Virus record (IMG/VR): IMGVR_UViG_3300025853_000086
Span: 1-60,123 of that record
DNA length: 60,123 bases
Reading direction: 5' to 3' (one strand)
DNA from: a virus
Lineage: Duplodnaviria; Caudoviricetes
How positions within the stretch are numbered: the stretch's first letter is position 1; every line of letters starts with the position of its first letter. A program made the position numbers and the translations under genes. Under the pieces are notes generated by a model, which was not told the origin of the DNA, did not search any database, and saw only the letters and a list, made by a program, of their open reading frames with translations. Of the stretch, positions 8,293-17,129 are shown piece by piece.

Positions 8293-8475
8293 TTATGAAT
8301 GAGTGTAACCATCGGTTTCTACTGCTAACCACATACCCGACCAAGGCACGACAACGGCGTTGTCCATACCAACGGTAGGCTCTGCTTTTTTAAGGAACTC
8401 AACAAACCCTAAATCTTGGTTGTTCTGCTCCCACTTGTTGTACAACGATTTTACTTGGTCAACTGTCAAGTACAT
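8293..8475 (-). CDS. Small hypothetical protein
   Basis: 60-aa ORF, strong SD, ends GMWLAVETDGYTHS. Confidence 0.8.
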   Translation of the reverse strand: MYLTVDQVKSLYNKWEQNNQDLGFVEFLKKAEPTVGMDNAVVVPWSGMWLAVETDGYTHS

Positions 8476-8520
8476 TGTAATCTCCTTTCTGTGGATTACG
8501 GTTTCTGTTAATGCCTAATA

Positions 8521-8558
8521 AGTGTGGCTTAGGACGGCACCGTCCGTAAAGTCTTATT
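8521..8558 (-). promoter_or_regulatory. Sigma70-like promoter with a palindrome in the spacer
   Basis: AATAAGAC-TTTACG-N18-CACACT; GGACGG-N2-CCGTCC in the spacer. Confidence 0.55.
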
Positions 8559-8561
8559 TGT

Positions 8562-8801
8562 TCAGAACAGGTCGTTGTCGGTAGACCATGTTGCTCCTAT
8601 CCCGTAACCACATCCCGAGCAAGCTATTTGACACGTTACTTCAGCCAAGAGCATAAACTCTTTTCCTCCACAGAGCGAGCACACTAGAACATCAACAATT
8701 TCTTGTCTTGTTGTGACTGGGTCTACAGGTGGCTTTTCTCTCTTTCTGAATGGGACAACATTGCTTGTTGCATCCACGGGGGCGTTGGTCTTGTCTTCCA
8801 T
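8562..8801 (-). CDS. Zn-ribbon protein
   Basis: Two CxxC pairs; NVVPF motif. Confidence 0.7.
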   Translation of the reverse strand: MEDKTNAPVDATSNVVPFRKREKPPVDPVTTRQEIVDVLVCSLCGGKEFMLLAEVTCQIACSGCGYGIGATWSTDNDLF

Positions 8802-9226
8802 ACGCATAGTTTTGCCTTATCATTTATGTAGTAGCGGCGATACGCAGCAATCGGGTCGTGGTCTTTGTACTCAGGGGGCATGGCTTGCGCAAAAGGAGTG
8901 AACCCTTGGGCGGTCAGCTGCTGTGGCGCATTGGTGAGCAGTTGTAAAACTTTTTGACACCCATGCACCCTCCCATACCGGTAAGTGTATTCGTCACAGA
9001 GCGCCAAGCCAAGTTTGAGTAACCATTGGTAGTTGGTCAAGGTTTGGCCTGCCCACAACGTACAAGGATGTTTTTGATGCACCGGCTTGTACGGTCCTGG
9101 TTCGTCGTAGCGCCAGTGTACGGTGGACAGCATTTGGGTGGTCTCTAAGGGCATTTTGACAACGTGTTTGTCGCAATGCCACCGAGCGCATTGTTCGTGG
9201 TCCCAGTCTAAGAGGAATATGTTCAT
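8723..9226 (-). CDS. Pyrimidine dimer DNA glycosylase-like protein
   Basis: MNIF.LD, HCDKHVVKM.LE..QML, HPCTLW, EYTYRYG..H and AYR.YY motifs. Confidence 0.85.
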   Translation of the reverse strand: MNIFLLDWDHEQCARWHCDKHVVKMPLETTQMLSTVHWRYDEPGPYKPVHQKHPCTLWAGQTLTNYQWLLKLGLALCDEYTYRYGRVHGCQKVLQLLTNAPQQLTAQGFTPFAQAMPPEYKDHDPIAAYRRYYINDKAKLCVWKTRPTPPWMQQAMLSHSEREKSHL

Positions 9227-9267
9227 CTAAGTACCCTTGCTATTAACAGGGTAAGTGTAATGGTCAA

Positions 9268-9417
9268 TTAACGGCGAGATGCGTTCTCATTGCTCTCGTT
9301 TGTTCTGTCCATTTCTTCTAGGATATCGATGAGCAGATACAACTCATGGAGCAAATTACCGAGGTGGTGGTCGTCTATGGTTTCGGTGTCTACTTCCACG
9401 GAAAAGTTAATCTTCAT
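9268..9417 (-). CDS. Small acidic protein (49 aa, not in the ORF track)
   Basis: Hand translation MKINFSVEVDTETIDD... Confidence 0.55.
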   Translation of the reverse strand: MKINFSVEVDTETIDDHHLGNLLHELYLLIDILEEMDRTNESNENASRR

Positions 9418-9949
9418 CTAGCATACCTATCAGCTGTAGTGCTGGAGCAAACCAAGGCTCGGCGTGGTACTTGGTCAAGTAATTGCCGCCACGCTTAAAC
9501 ACATCAAGAGCAAAGGTGTTGCCCATCTTATATAGGCGATGACAGTGCAGCATCAGCTCGAGTTTGTCGCAAGTATCGCAGATTCCGGTTTCTTCTTCGG
9601 ACAATGGGATGTTTATCCCTAACTCTTGTTCTACTGCTTGCTCTAGCGTAGCCATGCAATCAGCCAGTATGGGATGCCTCCATTTGGTAGTAGCGGGTAG
9701 GTCACCTAGTTCGCCCTCGGGTACATCGTGGTAGAGCATATGCAGTAAGCACTCTTTGCTTGTATCAGGCCAAAGTGTATGCAGTAGCACTGCTGCTCTC
9801 CAAGAATGGGCGGCGACGTCTTGGTGGTCAGCCAGTTCGGGGCGGGTATGGTAACGCTTGACATACCCCCCTTTGAGTTTACGATGCAGCACGGCTAGGG
9901 TAGCTACTCCATCATTGTTGTGTGTTTGTGTTTGAGTCCGCGTGTCCAT
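9407..9949 (-). CDS. HD-domain (YfbR-like) deoxynucleotide phosphohydrolase
   Basis: VKRYHT, VAAHSW, YHDVPE..GDLP and CDKLE motifs. Confidence 0.88.
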   Translation of the reverse strand: MDTRTQTQTHNNDGVATLAVLHRKLKGGYVKRYHTRPELADHQDVAAHSWRAAVLLHTLWPDTSKECLLHMLYHDVPEGELGDLPATTKWRHPILADCMATLEQAVEQELGINIPLSEEETGICDTCDKLELMLHCHRLYKMGNTFALDVFKRGGNYLTKYHAEPWFAPALQLIGMLDED

Positions 9950-11829
9950 GGCTTCTCCGTGAAGGTTTGTTTTGCTTCCCCCCAGTTTGGTCCAAATTCT
10001 GCATCAACTACGGAGGGAACTTCTAGTTGTGCGCAGGTCTCCATTATCTCGGCTATTTGTTTGGCTTGCTGCTCGCTGTGGACGGATACGTCTAACTCGT
10101 CGTGTACCTGTACCATTGGTATTATGCCTTCCTCGTAAAGGGCGACCATTGCAGCCTTGGTCTGGTCGGCTGCGCTACCTTGTATCAACTTGTTGAGAGC
10201 TTTGTAGGTAAATGCCCGTTTGATCCCAGGACCATGCTCTGCATAAGCATCTTGGTAAGTCATAGGTTTCCAACTACCGTAGCGGGTAGGTTCCCATTTG
10301 TCAAACCTACAGCGGCGTCCTAAAAGGGTTCTTATAACCCCCCGCTGACTTGCCCGCCTAATGCAGTGGTCGCTTAACTCTCGTACAAAAGGGACTTTGG
10401 CATGGTAAGTAGCAAACAATTCTTGGGCATCTTCGTATTCTAAGCCGAGGCTTGCGGCGAGCTTTTTTGTGCCCATGCCGTAGAACAGCCCAAGGTTGAT
10501 GTCCTTTGCTTGCTTGCGCGGTACGCCTACGATATCTGCCGCCAATTGGTGGAAGTCCGTCCGTGGGTCTGCTTGGTACTGCTGTGCAAAGTCTGCCGCG
10601 CCTCTAAAGCCCATCAACTTACTGTAATGCACCACTATGCGGGGTTCTTGGCTAGAGTAGTCGAAAGCGCCCCACAGACAGTCTTTTTCTGGTAGGAATA
10701 GGCTGCGTATAAGTGGTCCGAGTTCTGGGTGGCGAGCAGGAATCTGCTGCAAGTTAGGGTTGCTATAACTGAACCGCCCCGTGACAGTGCCGCCGTCGTC
10801 GCTGCGGAGGGGGTGTAGCTCGGCGTGGATTTTACCGTTTATCTCGTGCTTTAGTATGGCGTCTATAAAAGTACCACGCGCCTTTTGGTACTCCCGCGCT
10901 TGGACAATCATTTGCGCTACGCTGTGGTCATGGTTCACTAAGAACCCTTTTGTAAATGACGGCGCTTGGGTCTTTTCCGTTTTGGGGTACGGTAACCCTA
11001 ATTTGTCAAAGGCTTTGGCTACACTTTCCGCCGCCCAGATGTCCACTTCTACTCCGGTGATGCGTTTGACTTCTTTGACCAAAGCGGCCTCGCGTTTTAG
11101 TAAGTCTTGCTTAACGCGCTCAGCTTTGTCTAGGTCGACGTTTACGCCCTGCATCCGCATGGCAATGATGATAGGCGTGATGCGTAGCTCTAAGTCTACG
11201 ATGTCGCCTATATCTTCTTGTATTATTAGGGGTTCGAAATGGTTCCATAACCGCAAAGTAAGGGCGGCATCTTGTTCGGCGTAGGCTCCCACATGGGCAG
11301 CAGGGAGTTTGTACATTTCGGATTTTGGATTAACTCCAAAACTAGCCGCTGCTTCTCTAAGATGAACTTCGGATTTTCGGTCGGATAAGTAGTCCCTTCC
11401 AAGGGAATTAAGTGCATAGGAGAATCTGTTTTCGTCGAGCAAAGGTGCAATAACCATTGTGTCGATGATTCTTCCATGCACTTTGACACCCTCGCGGAGC
11501 AGCCACCCAACATCGTAAGGAGCGTTATGGAAAATGTAATTCCTATCCACCGAGACAACATCTTGTACCCACCGTAGTGTCATTGCTGGGTCAAAGTTTG
11601 GACCAAACTCATGCCTAATAGGAAAGTACCATTGATCGCCGTCCACGGCTACTGCTATGCCGATAATATGCCCGTCGCCTCGTGCCCATCCTGCCCCCAT
11701 AGTCATGAGGTTCGGGTCTTTGGTTTCTAAGTCTATTGCTACTTGTTTGGCAGAACTAAGGTCGGGGTAACCGTCGGGCATAACCCACTCAGTTGGTGGT
11801 TGGAACATTGGGATCTGCATTCCGGTCAT
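9904..11829 (-). CDS. DNA polymerase family A with 3'-5' exonuclease
   Basis: DLET, HNAPYD, TGRFS..NPNLQQIP, DYSSQEPR, K.INLG..YG and QVHDEL motifs; the start may be 11820. Confidence 0.97.
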   Translation of the reverse strand: MTGMQIPMFQPPTEWVMPDGYPDLSSAKQVAIDLETKDPNLMTMGAGWARGDGHIIGIAVAVDGDQWYFPIRHEFGPNFDPAMTLRWVQDVVSVDRNYIFHNAPYDVGWLLREGVKVHGRIIDTMVIAPLLDENRFSYALNSLGRDYLSDRKSEVHLREAAASFGVNPKSEMYKLPAAHVGAYAEQDAALTLRLWNHFEPLIIQEDIGDIVDLELRITPIIIAMRMQGVNVDLDKAERVKQDLLKREAALVKEVKRITGVEVDIWAAESVAKAFDKLGLPYPKTEKTQAPSFTKGFLVNHDHSVAQMIVQAREYQKARGTFIDAILKHEINGKIHAELHPLRSDDGGTVTGRFSYSNPNLQQIPARHPELGPLIRSLFLPEKDCLWGAFDYSSQEPRIVVHYSKLMGFRGAADFAQQYQADPRTDFHQLAADIVGVPRKQAKDINLGLFYGMGTKKLAASLGLEYEDAQELFATYHAKVPFVRELSDHCIRRASQRGVIRTLLGRRCRFDKWEPTRYGSWKPMTYQDAYAEHGPGIKRAFTYKALNKLIQGSAADQTKAAMVALYEEGIIPMVQVHDELDVSVHSEQQAKQIAEIMETCAQLEVPSVVDAEFGPNWGEAKQTFTEKPWTRGLKHKHTTMME

Positions 11830-11959
11830 CCTTTTTAATTTTCATGGGCTGCTTACAAGAACATATCGGCCACTTGTTTTTGAGTGACCGGTACGTCTTG
11901 GTTTTTTGCTCCTTGCCGCATTCACAAACAGCGATTACTTCGGTATCTAAACTGGTCAT
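11789..11959 (-). CDS. Small Cys-rich protein (56 aa, not in the ORF track)
   Basis: Hand translation MTSLDTEVIAVCECG...WPICSCKQPM; ATGA coupling. Confidence 0.6.
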   Translation of the reverse strand: MTSLDTEVIAVCECGKEQKTKTYRSLKNKWPICSCKQPMKIKKDDRNADPNVPTTN

Positions 11960-12288
11960 TTTTGTTTGGATACAAGCTCCGCTTCAACAAGGGTGAGATA
12001 ACGGCGCAGGTCGCGGATGTCGTCGATTACGCCTTCGTCTCTTTGGTCTTTAGTGCAAGCGGCAAAGATGTCCCACCCTTGCTCGGACACTTGCTTTTCT
12101 AGCCTGTCCCACTTACGGGCTAGCATCATAAAAGCACCAATGCCTCCGCGCTTTTTCCAACTGTCGCCGTAGCTTTGCTCAGCTTGGTGGAGTTTGTACA
12201 CGTCCATGTCGGCTACTTGTTGGCACGTCTCCATGAAGCTCGTATAAGTTGCTTTGTCTGGTACTGATGCGTAGTAATTGTTGTCCAT
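11956..12288 (-). CDS. Nucleotide-modification-associated protein (Nmad1/MazG-like)
   Basis: YGDSWKKRG...RKWDRL...D.I.DL..Y pattern; adjacent to the TS homolog. Confidence 0.72.
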   Translation of the reverse strand: MDNNYYASVPDKATYTSFMETCQQVADMDVYKLHQAEQSYGDSWKKRGGIGAFMMLARKWDRLEKQVSEQGWDIFAACTKDQRDEGVIDDIRDLRRYLTLVEAELVSKQK

Positions 12289-12289
12289 G

Positions 12290-13270
12290 TTACAGTCTCC
12301 TCTCAAACCATTCGGTACAGGCTTTACGCCATGCTTTGTCTTCTATGCACATTGCTGTGAAAAACGCCCCTTCCTTATCCTTACCTTTCCACTGTTGCCA
12401 CGCTTGATACATAGGCACGGCGGTCTCGGCTATATACCTGTTTCTGTACTCATGGTCGCTTGACCCGTCATGCATGAACAACTCTAACTCCTGATCGAAG
12501 GTTGTTGGGTCGTCAACTAAATTAGGTGGTTGGTAGAGCACAATAGAGTCGTCTACGAGTTCGTAGTTGCTGTACTGTGGTTGCATACCTTGCAGCTTGT
12601 CTAATACCTCTACATAGGCGTGTAGATTGTTTGAAAACTGCACATAGTGCCCCACATGTAAACCAAGCATCTGCGCCATGTATTCCAACAACACCGACAT
12701 ATGTACGGCATTAGCACCGTATGCACCCCAGATCATATCGTTGCTGCGGTTTACCACAGTCATGTTAAGTGTTTCGTCCCGGACTTGGAAAAAAATCTGG
12801 GTGTTGCAGGGGTAGTCTTTGCCATCGTTGGTGGTTACTAGGTCATGGTTAGCATCCCACATACTAACCACTGTCCGGCGGTCGTTAGGGTAAGTAGTCA
12901 AGCGATGCATAGCTAACTTGAGTTGGTCTTTACCAAACCAATTGCGCCATCGGTAACCGTAAGCTCCGTGGAAAGAAACACCATCGTCGCTGTAGGTGTT
13001 TATCCTACCGTTGAACTGGTTGATCCATTTGACGTCGTTACGTCCGGCGAGCATCCAAAAGGCTTCCATCAAATGGAAGAAAGGGTTGGCGTCCCGCTCT
13101 GGGTAGAACAAGGCTCGTTCTCTGGAATGCGTGTAAGTAGTAACTACCGGAGTAGGGAACTCTAACACGGGACCATTGCGGGTCTGTACTTGTACTCCCA
13201 TTGCTTCGATCCCTTGCTTGGCAATATACAAAGCCTCGCTTACGTTTCTTGCTCGTATAGTGTGTGTCAT
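12290..13270 (-). CDS. Thymidylate synthase homolog, likely dUMP hydroxymethylase
   Basis: Catalytic DYPCN, NRSNDMIWGAYGAN (Asn at the dUMP specificity position) and NLHAY; start trimmed to MTHTIR. Confidence 0.88.
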   Translation of the reverse strand: MTHTIRARNVSEALYIAKQGIEAMGVQVQTRNGPVLEFPTPVVTTYTHSRERALFYPERDANPFFHLMEAFWMLAGRNDVKWINQFNGRINTYSDDGVSFHGAYGYRWRNWFGKDQLKLAMHRLTTYPNDRRTVVSMWDANHDLVTTNDGKDYPCNTQIFFQVRDETLNMTVVNRSNDMIWGAYGANAVHMSVLLEYMAQMLGLHVGHYVQFSNNLHAYVEVLDKLQGMQPQYSNYELVDDSIVLYQPPNLVDDPTTFDQELELFMHDGSSDHEYRNRYIAETAVPMYQAWQQWKGKDKEGAFFTAMCIEDKAWRKACTEWFERRL

Positions 13271-14550
13271 TCTTGTACTCCCATTGCTGCTTGCCAAATA
13301 CCAAAAAATTCTAACTTCTTATGGCACTTTTCCTGTAATTGTTTTGTTTCCTTTCCTGTCGCACAGCCTTGTGTGCTGTTGGCTAGGTCTATGTACTCTT
13401 GGGCTACGGCGGTATCGGCAAAGCGTTGGACAGCCGTGACATTGTTGTTAGCAATGGTTGTCCATTGGTTGCTATCGGTTAAGCCATTGTCGATTATGTC
13501 GGCAAACTCTTGGGGGGTTGCTGCGGCAGGTACCTCTATGTAGTTGACGCCCGCCGTGAACACCTTGCTGTTGTTCATACCTAGGTCGGTTGCCACAGGC
13601 ACCGCTCCGCAAATCATGGCTTCCATAGTTGTACGATTAAAATGCGCACCAAAGGCCGAATACTTTTTAGACCAACTGGGGTCTATCTGTAGCTTGCTGT
13701 CCCGCAGGAGGTGGTAGTGCATATCAGTAGGGATGGTGCCTACATACTCCATGCCGTGACGCAGGGCTTTGTCCCAGATACGGTCACCGGTTGCGTCAAA
13801 ATACTTAGGTTTGCATTTTTCTTGGCTAGTCATGTAGCGGTACTCTATCCCTGCGCCGCCTACTCGCTTAGGTTCTTTTGTTTTTAGGTGTGGTATGGCA
13901 CGGATTAACGTATCTACCCGCTTCCATGCTTTGAATACCTGCACTGCACAAAATCCGGCACGGGTTTCAAACTTCGACATAGGCACCGCATTAGTTAGGT
14001 CAAAGGGGTTTACAATCATTTTGCGGGGTATAGCAATACACTCCGCACTGTGATACGCAGACTCGTGTACGCAAACCATCGCGTGAAAATGATGCCCAAC
14101 CCAAGCCAGATGCGGGTACAGTTCGGGCAGGTTACCATCGTGTATGATGGCTATGTTTTTAGTCCCGCTGTTGTACAAGTCTAGCCATTCGTTAACGGCG
14201 GCGTTTTCTTTGTTGACGGTAGGCACAGGGATATGCCACAGGACGAAGTCGTACCCGCTGCATTTGTTTTTGAACTTAGCTCGCTCGTTAGGGTCTAGGT
14301 AAGCCACTTTGTTCTCGTTAGGCCACCACCATCCCCTAGCCTGATGGAAGAACAATCCTGTGCCGTGCTTGCGGTACTCTGCTAACACCTCTGGTTTTGG
14401 TCCACGGGTAACACCAAACTTCTTTTTAGGGCACAGCTTGACAAAGTCTACAGTGTGGCCTAGCTTGACAAAACCTGCTGCTAGGTTCTCCGCGTGGTTG
14501 ATAATACCGCCATAATCTTGGATGTCGAACAGGGTCATGAGTATTTTCAT
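13267..14550 (-). CDS. GT-B fold glycosyltransferase, putative DNA base glycosyltransferase
   Basis: N-terminal MKIL...YGG...LA..F...GHTV; C-terminal EAMICGAVPVATD. Confidence 0.85.
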   Translation of the reverse strand: MKILMTLFDIQDYGGIINHAENLAAGFVKLGHTVDFVKLCPKKKFGVTRGPKPEVLAEYRKHGTGLFFHQARGWWWPNENKVAYLDPNERAKFKNKCSGYDFVLWHIPVPTVNKENAAVNEWLDLYNSGTKNIAIIHDGNLPELYPHLAWVGHHFHAMVCVHESAYHSAECIAIPRKMIVNPFDLTNAVPMSKFETRAGFCAVQVFKAWKRVDTLIRAIPHLKTKEPKRVGGAGIEYRYMTSQEKCKPKYFDATGDRIWDKALRHGMEYVGTIPTDMHYHLLRDSKLQIDPSWSKKYSAFGAHFNRTTMEAMICGAVPVATDLGMNNSKVFTAGVNYIEVPAAATPQEFADIIDNGLTDSNQWTTIANNNVTAVQRFADTAVAQEYIDLANSTQGCATGKETKQLQEKCHKKLEFFGIWQAAMGVQE

Positions 14551-15452
14551 TAGTTGACAGCTCCTATAACAGGTGTCTTTGTTGTTGCTTGCTCCACACG
14601 GAACAGGCTCCGTGGTGTGCCCTGTTTTAGGCGCACTCTTTCATACTTGTCCCACTCGCACAGGCTATGCTCTATGGTGCGCATGTCTACATCTAAAACA
14701 GGAACGCATGAATCTTTTAAATGACGTCTTGCTACACACAGTAGATCAACCATCTCGTCGTTGGCTTGCTTTGAGTTAAGAGATTTTTTAAGGTCACGTT
14801 GGTGGATACGGTTCAATCCGCGTATTGCTCCAGGACCGGCGTTTGCCCATGTGAACTTGTCATAAGGCCAATGTAAGACAGGCGTGTAGCTGAGGTCGGT
14901 AACTACCTCATAAGCCATAAAACCCCCGCCTCCCCAACCTTTATATTGTCCTAACATTTTGTGCGTCAGTTCTAGGCTTCGGTTTTCTTGTATACTTTTG
15001 GTAATCTTGGTGCGGTCTTCCCAGATAGGGGTAAGGAATTTGTCGACTACTACCTCAGACTTTGGTAACTTGAGTCCTTGGTTAGTGATTATATAAGCTC
15101 CGGTGAAGGTTCTTTGCTTGCGAGCAATGCGTTGCTCTATCAGGCGCTTGGTTTCTTCTGGGTTCCAGTCGGTTACCCAACCGTGCTCTTCTGCAAACTC
15201 TGTAGTGCCAACCATGCGAAACAAACAAGTGTTGAACACTATCTGCTCGGCAGGTCTTCGGTCTTGTAGGTTAGTCCAGTTTTTGCGCATCCAAACGGTT
15301 ACCCTGTCGTTCTCGCGAAAAGGGTTAGTGAACTTGTAGTTGGCTAAGATAGGATCAGCTGTCCAAGGCGGGGGGTTACCCGCCGCCCTGTTCAGGTAGA
15401 TTTGGTGCCGCTCTTTTATCCAACCGAAAAAACTTTCTATAGCTTCGGTCAT
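14550..15452 (-). CDS. aGPT-Pplase1 / 5-hmdU DNA kinase helical-domain protein
   Basis: ERHQIY, PPWT.DPIL..YKFTN..RE.DR.T, FTGAYII, F.AYEVVTDL, GPGA.RGL and EH.LCE.DKY.R motifs. Confidence 0.88.
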   Translation of the reverse strand: MTEAIESFFGWIKERHQIYLNRAAGNPPPWTADPILANYKFTNPFRENDRVTVWMRKNWTNLQDRRPAEQIVFNTCLFRMVGTTEFAEEHGWVTDWNPEETKRLIEQRIARKQRTFTGAYIITNQGLKLPKSEVVVDKFLTPIWEDRTKITKSIQENRSLELTHKMLGQYKGWGGGGFMAYEVVTDLSYTPVLHWPYDKFTWANAGPGAIRGLNRIHQRDLKKSLNSKQANDEMVDLLCVARRHLKDSCVPVLDVDMRTIEHSLCEWDKYERVRLKQGTPRSLFRVEQATTKTPVIGAVN

Positions 15453-15462
15453 GTTAGGTTCC

Positions 15463-16008
15463 TTATTTTAGTTCAATGGCTCCGTGGTCGATGGCGATCT
15501 GTATATCGGTGCCACCTCCGGGAGAAGGCTGCAAAGCGCGTAGGAGAGTCATTGCTTCGCCCACGGTTGGGCTATTCATAACTACGACCATGTTGCGGTG
15601 CCGATTAGTACCCTGCCGGATAGGTGGCTCGGCTAGCAGTGGGACAATAGAAAGTTTTGGGTCAAAGCGTTTACGGGTTTCAACTTTCTTTTCTACGGGT
15701 TGGGTTACTTGTTCGGGTTGGGTCATTGATTCCTCCACTGGGGGTGTCCAAACAACAGCTTTAGTATCTACAAAATCGTGCAGGGTTTCAACTAATTGTT
15801 GTTGGTTTACAAAAGACATGGGTTTGCCGATAGCTTGCCACACCGAATGCAATCTTTCAAAAGAGTAGTGTTTAAGCAAGTTATCGGGGTTGTTGCCTCG
15901 ATACACAATAGACTTGTGGTTTATGGCAGGACATTGGTTGGCTATCTGCAGATTCTCAAAAGCAAGCAGTTGATAGCCTGTGGCGTTTTCACAAATTGCG
16001 TAGAACAT
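15463..16008 (-). CDS. Hypothetical protein, first gene of the modification operon
   Basis: Start trimmed to MFYAIC after ATAGAAAGGG. Confidence 0.78.
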   Translation of the reverse strand: MFYAICENATGYQLLAFENLQIANQCPAINHKSIVYRGNNPDNLLKHYSFERLHSVWQAIGKPMSFVNQQQLVETLHDFVDTKAVVWTPPVEESMTQPEQVTQPVEKKVETRKRFDPKLSIVPLLAEPPIRQGTNRHRNMVVVMNSPTVGEAMTLLRALQPSPGGGTDIQIAIDHGAIELK

Positions 16009-16030
16009 GGGATCCCTTTCTATGGAATAA

Positions 16031-16069
16031 GGCAAGGTTCATTATAGTAATGAACCTTGCCCCGAACAA
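16031..16069 (-). promoter_or_regulatory. Sigma70 promoter overlapped by a perfect 14-bp inverted repeat
   Basis: TTGTTC-N17-TATAAT; GGCAAGGTTCATTA-tag-TAATGAACCTTGCC. Confidence 0.8.
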
Positions 16070-16080
16070 GAAGTATTTTA

Positions 16081-17109
16081 TCAAGCTACTTTAGCGTACT
16101 CCAGTGCTTTAGTCAACGCTTGGCGTTTGGTATTTGCACCGCTACCGAACCACGCACTGTGCAGAGCGTTGCCTTGCTCGTGGGAACGCTTCTGGTGATC
16201 CACTATGTAGGTCACCGCATTGAGTGCGCCCCACCATGTTCCCTTAGCAGATTCTAACCCTGCTCCGGGACTAAGGTCAACTGCGTCGCGTACCATTTGT
16301 GCTGTGTGTTTGAACTCATCGCGCAGCGGCGGCAGCTTGCTAATGTCAGCAGCTTTGCCACGCTCTATCAGCGCATTGGGTTGGAATAGCTCCGCAATGA
16401 AGTTATCTAACTGGTCGCCTTTAGCCTTTTTCTTAGCTAAGAACTGGGACTGCTCTTGGAACGCTTGCATTTGGTTACCGGACAAGCCTAGGGCTTCCTC
16501 GGCTGCGCGTTGTATTTCCTCGTCGAACATTTGTAGATGCAACACACGGAACTTGTTGCCTTGCTGTCCTAGTGCCATAGTCAGGGTATTGTTACACACC
16601 ACTCGTATGGGCGTGAACATAATGGTCATCGCTTTGCCTACTTGGTGGCTGTTGTTGAGCAGGAGGTAGCCTTCGACTTCGTCACCCCCTGCAAGGGTGA
16701 ATCCTTTGGCAATCTTAGCCAAGCCCCAAACATCCTTGCCTCCTTTTAAGCTACCCGCCGTTTCCATAGTCATGTTACCTGCTTCGGTAAACTTTTTGAA
16801 GAACGACATAACTTCTGCATTCTGGAACGGCACATAACTTTCACCACAGTTGGACAGGACTTTGTTGTCGCTGTCGCGGACTAGGAAGTGTTGGTCTGGT
16901 GCGCGGATAAAACTAGCCTCGCCAGTTGGGTCGACTATATTCCAACAGTCGGGCTTGTCTACAGTGTACGCCGGACGCTTGCTAACTGTCCAGTCTATTT
17001 CTGCTGCGATAAGCATTTCCTGTGGGGTCATTGTGGAATCGACTGCGTTACCTAAACCATGCCAAGGGACTTGGTTAGCGTAGGCCATTGTTTCTACTTG
17101 GTGTGCCAT
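16081..17109 (-). CDS. DUF932 family (TIGR03299-like) phage/plasmid protein
   Basis: MAHQVETMAY..PWHGLG, ETAGSL.GG and TPIRVVCNNTL motifs. Confidence 0.9.
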   Translation of the reverse strand: MAHQVETMAYANQVPWHGLGNAVDSTMTPQEMLIAAEIDWTVSKRPAYTVDKPDCWNIVDPTGEASFIRAPDQHFLVRDSDNKVLSNCGESYVPFQNAEVMSFFKKFTEAGNMTMETAGSLKGGKDVWGLAKIAKGFTLAGGDEVEGYLLLNNSHQVGKAMTIMFTPIRVVCNNTLTMALGQQGNKFRVLHLQMFDEEIQRAAEEALGLSGNQMQAFQEQSQFLAKKKAKGDQLDNFIAELFQPNALIERGKAADISKLPPLRDEFKHTAQMVRDAVDLSPGAGLESAKGTWWGALNAVTYIVDHQKRSHEQGNALHSAWFGSGANTKRQALTKALEYAKVA

Positions 17110-17129
17110 GTGGAACTCCTTTCTGTGAG

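Noticed and set aside
9407-9949. DatZ and a 2-aminoadenine (Z) genome
   Set aside because: The HD fold fits, but no PurZ-like gene is visible and the neighbours point to pyrimidine modification.
12290-13270. dCMP hydroxymethylase (T4-like glucosyl-hmC)
   Set aside because: The specificity position appears to be Asn rather than Asp, and the aGPT-Pplase1 neighbour is associated with 5hmU. Not fully excluded without an alignment.
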